Source: an uncultured Gemmatimonadaceae bacterium
GTDB lineage: Bacteria; Gemmatimonadota; Gemmatimonadetes; Gemmatimonadales; Gemmatimonadaceae
NCBI GenBank assembly: GCA_963829055.1
Contig: CAWHHI010000008.1
Location: 32,001-96,000, forward strand
Length of the DNA stretch: 64,000 bases
Direction of reading: 5' to 3'
Both the position numbers and the translations under genes were made by a program. The stretch's first letter is position 1; each line of letters begins with the position of its first letter. Under the pieces are notes generated by a model, which saw only the letters and a list, made by a program, of their open reading frames with translations, was not told the DNA's origin and made no database searches. This document shows, piece after piece, positions 61,628 through 64,000 of the stretch.

Positions 61628-62311
61628 ATGTCTGCCTCGCCAGCGCTCGACCACGTACAAGCCGGCGCACACGGCCATCACTACACGACCACCGGGCTGG
61701 ATAGCCGGAAGATCGCCATCTGGGCGTTCATCGGGTCGGAGTGCATGCTGTTCGCGTCGTTGATTTCGACGTACCTCATCTACAAGGGGCGAAGCGTCGT
61801 CGGACCGTTCCCGCATGAGGCGTGCGCTCCACCGGCCTGCCAGGTGCCCCTCAAGGCGATCCTGAACATCCCGGTCACGTCCGCGTCGACGTTCGTGCTG
61901 CTCATGTCGTCGCTGGCGATGGTGCTCGCGCTGGCGGCGGTCGAGAACCGCAATCTTCCGAAGCTCACGACGGGCGACCGCATTCTCGGGTCGTCCAAGC
62001 TGTGGCTGTGGGTCACGTGCATTCTCGGCGCGACGTTCCTCGGCTTCCAGGCATTCGAGTTCACGTCGTTCGTGCACGAGGGTCTGTCCATCCGCACGAA
62101 CCTGTTCGGCTCGTCGTTCTTCACGCTCACAGGCTTCCACGGCGCGCACGTTACCGCCGGCGTGATCTGGCTAGGCACGTTGCTCGCGATCGACTACAAG
62201 CGCGGGCTCGGGCCCGGTGACGCCATCAACGTCGACATTGCGGCCCTGTACTGGCACTTCGTCGACGTCGTCTGGATCGCGATCTTCACCCTCATCTACC
62301 TCATCAGGTAA
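61628..62311 (+). CDS. coxC: Cytochrome c oxidase subunit III
   Basis: W.FIGSE, FFTLTGFHGAHV, LYWHFVDVVW. Confidence 0.95.
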   Translation: MSASPALDHVQAGAHGHHYTTTGLDSRKIAIWAFIGSECMLFASLISTYLIYKGRSVVGPFPHEACAPPACQVPLKAILNIPVTSASTFVLLMSSLAMVLALAAVENRNLPKLTTGDRILGSSKLWLWVTCILGATFLGFQAFEFTSFVHEGLSIRTNLFGSSFFTLTGFHGAHVTAGVIWLGTLLAIDYKRGLGPGDAINVDIAALYWHFVDVVWIAIFTLIYLIR

Positions 62312-62321
62312 GGAGCCGCAC

Positions 62322-62720
62322 ATGGCGCAGCAGGACTCGGCTCCCAAGGGGCACGGCGGGCATGCGAGCGGTGCAGCGGCGGGCGGAGCACACGTCGCCC
62401 CAGCCGCCGACGATGCACATGCGCACGCACACCCCACGTGGAAGCAGTACAAGTGGGTCGCACTGATCCTGACCGCGATTACCGTCGTCGAGGTGTGGAT
62501 CTACTACATCCCGTCGTTCGTCGCGTCCAAGCTGTTCGTTCCCGCCTTGCTCATCATGTCGGCGGTGAAGTTCGCGATCGTGGTGCTGTTCTACATGCAC
62601 CTCAAGTACGACGCGCGACTGTTCCGCGCGCTGTTCACCGGCCCACTGATCATCGCCGTCGTGACGATCATCAGCTTGATGTTCCTGTTCGGACATCTCG
62701 CCATTCGCGTTGGCTCCTGA
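62322..62720 (+). CDS. Cytochrome c oxidase subunit IV family
   Basis: AAGGAG RBS; His-rich N-terminus; KFAIVVLFYMHLKYD. Confidence 0.9.
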   Translation: MAQQDSAPKGHGGHASGAAAGGAHVAPAADDAHAHAHPTWKQYKWVALILTAITVVEVWIYYIPSFVASKLFVPALLIMSAVKFAIVVLFYMHLKYDARLFRALFTGPLIIAVVTIISLMFLFGHLAIRVGS

Positions 62721-62769
62721 TCGCGCGACTGGCCCCAGTTCCCTCGCTGTACCGTAGGTGTTGCTCGTA

Positions 62770-63718
62770 ATGTCCCCTGCACTGCCGCCTGCCGCGCTCG
62801 CCGTCGTCCACCCTGTTGCCCAGGTCGGGTGGACGAGCTGGACGATCCACTGGAGCACCGTCATCGGGCTCGCGGCGTTAGGCTGGCTGTACGTGTGGGG
62901 CGCGCGTCGCGTGCAGGCACGCGCGGCGGCTCGCGGTGAGAACGTCCCCGAGGTCCGGCGGTCGCAGCAGGTCTCGTTCTTCTGCGGCCTGCTGGTGATT
63001 TTCTGCTCGCTGAACGGGCCACTGCACGACTTGAGCGACACGTATCTGTTCAGCGCGCACATGGTGCAGCACCTGCTGCTCAGCCTCGCCGTTCCGCCGT
63101 TGCTCATTGTGGGCACGCCCGGCTGGCTGCTGCGCCCCTTCCTCCGAGAACGCGAAGATCGCGACCGTGGCGCGCGCTGTCACACCACCCGTCCGCTGCT
63201 TCGTCATCTTCAACGTCGTGATTTCGTTGTGGCACCTGCCGCCGCTCTACAACACGGCGATGGCGTACCACCCGATCCACATCGTGCAGCACCTGACGTT
63301 CATGATCGCGTCGGTGCTCATGTGGTGGCCGTTTCTCAGCCCGCTGCCCGAGCTACCTCGGCTCTCGTACCCGGGCCAGATGCTCTACTGCTTCCTCATG
63401 GTCATCCCGATGTCGATCATTTCGATCTACATCGCGATGGCGGATCATGTCCTGTATCCCGCCTACTCGATCGCGCCGCGCGTCTGGGACATCTCTCCGC
63501 TCAGCGACCAGCAGATCGGTGGTCTCATCATGTGGATTCCGGGCGGGCTTCTGTTCTACGTGGTGATGACGTTCGTGTTCTTCAAGTGGGCAGGCCGAGA
63601 TACCGACACCACCGCCGGCGCGCAGGTCGATTGGCGTCCGGCGCCGCCCGCTCGCGCCTCCCGTCCTCAGCCGCAGCCGCCGGTCACCGTTCGACAGGAT
63701 CGCTCGTCCTCGTACTGA
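62770..63718 (+). CDS. ctaG: Caa3 oxidase assembly factor CtaG (frameshift near 63140)
   Basis: PLHDLSDTYLFSAHMVQHLLL, WHLPPLY, H..QH, DQQIGGLIMWIPG. Confidence 0.92.
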
Positions 63719-63719
63719 G

Positions 63720-63936
63720 CGATACCTGGGTCGCGTCGCCGTGGTGCGCTGACAGCTCGCGCGGCGGCCGTCACTGCGCGTACTCTTCAATGTCGGGCTA
63801 CGCGGAAGACGTTCTCGCGAACAACGTCAGACTCGTTCCAGGCGCTGCCTTTCTCGGCAAGCCGTTCAAGCCGAAGGCGTTGGTGACCAAGGTCCGCGAA
63901 GTCCTGGATGCCCGGCCCGAATCGGAAATGGAGTGA
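63720..63936 (+). pseudogene. Orphan C-terminal half of a response-regulator receiver domain
   Basis: MSGYAED..FLGKPF.PKAL..KVREVLD, no N-terminal half or phospho-Asp. Confidence 0.6.
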
Positions 63937-64000
63937 GCCCATGAGTGCGGCCACATTGACGCCAGAGCGGACGGACACCCCCGTCGCGAGATACACACCC

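Noticed and set aside
882..62882. CCTAAC/GTTAGG as telomere-like repeats or MntR boxes
   Set aside because: Sites are isolated rather than tandem, non-palindromic and mostly intragenic.
25000..63200. Programmed frameshifting or true pseudogenes
   Set aside because: Breaks are scattered, lack shared slippery motifs and hit core genes such as coxA; sequencing error is more parsimonious.

Overview
GC-rich (roughly two-thirds G+C by eye) bacterial chromosomal segment. Gene content and style suggest Gemmatimonadota (inference, not verified). Most of it is housekeeping: tRNA-Ala(CGC), rnz, a TonB-dependent receptor, mgtE, an acyl-CoA dehydrogenase, mntH-USP-mntR, aspA, a caa3-type oxidase operon and two ECF sigma/anti-sigma loci. 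Many genes, mostly beyond 24 kb, carry scattered frameshifts that look like uncorrected long-read errors, so the boundaries of those genes are approximate. Five signals stand out. (1) A non-palindromic 7-mer, CCTAACR, occurs about 43 times (about 1 per 1.5 kb), mostly inside genes, while its near-variants are almost absent; the window also encodes a nuclease-less-looking N6-adenine methyltransferase plus SNF2-like helicase pair. (2) An ECF sigma / zf-HC2 anti-sigma / lipoprotein TPR-CHAT protease / secreted protein cassette has two identically spaced internal promoter-like motifs (GCAAT-N15-CGTGTCATAG). (3) A four-helix-bundle gene is bracketed by ~120-bp inverted repeats, with a solo copy 12 kb away. 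(4) A MacB/FtsX-type permease appears split, with its N-half fused to an AttH/lipocalin-like domain. (5) Sigma54-like promoters precede four dispersed stress or low-complexity genes.
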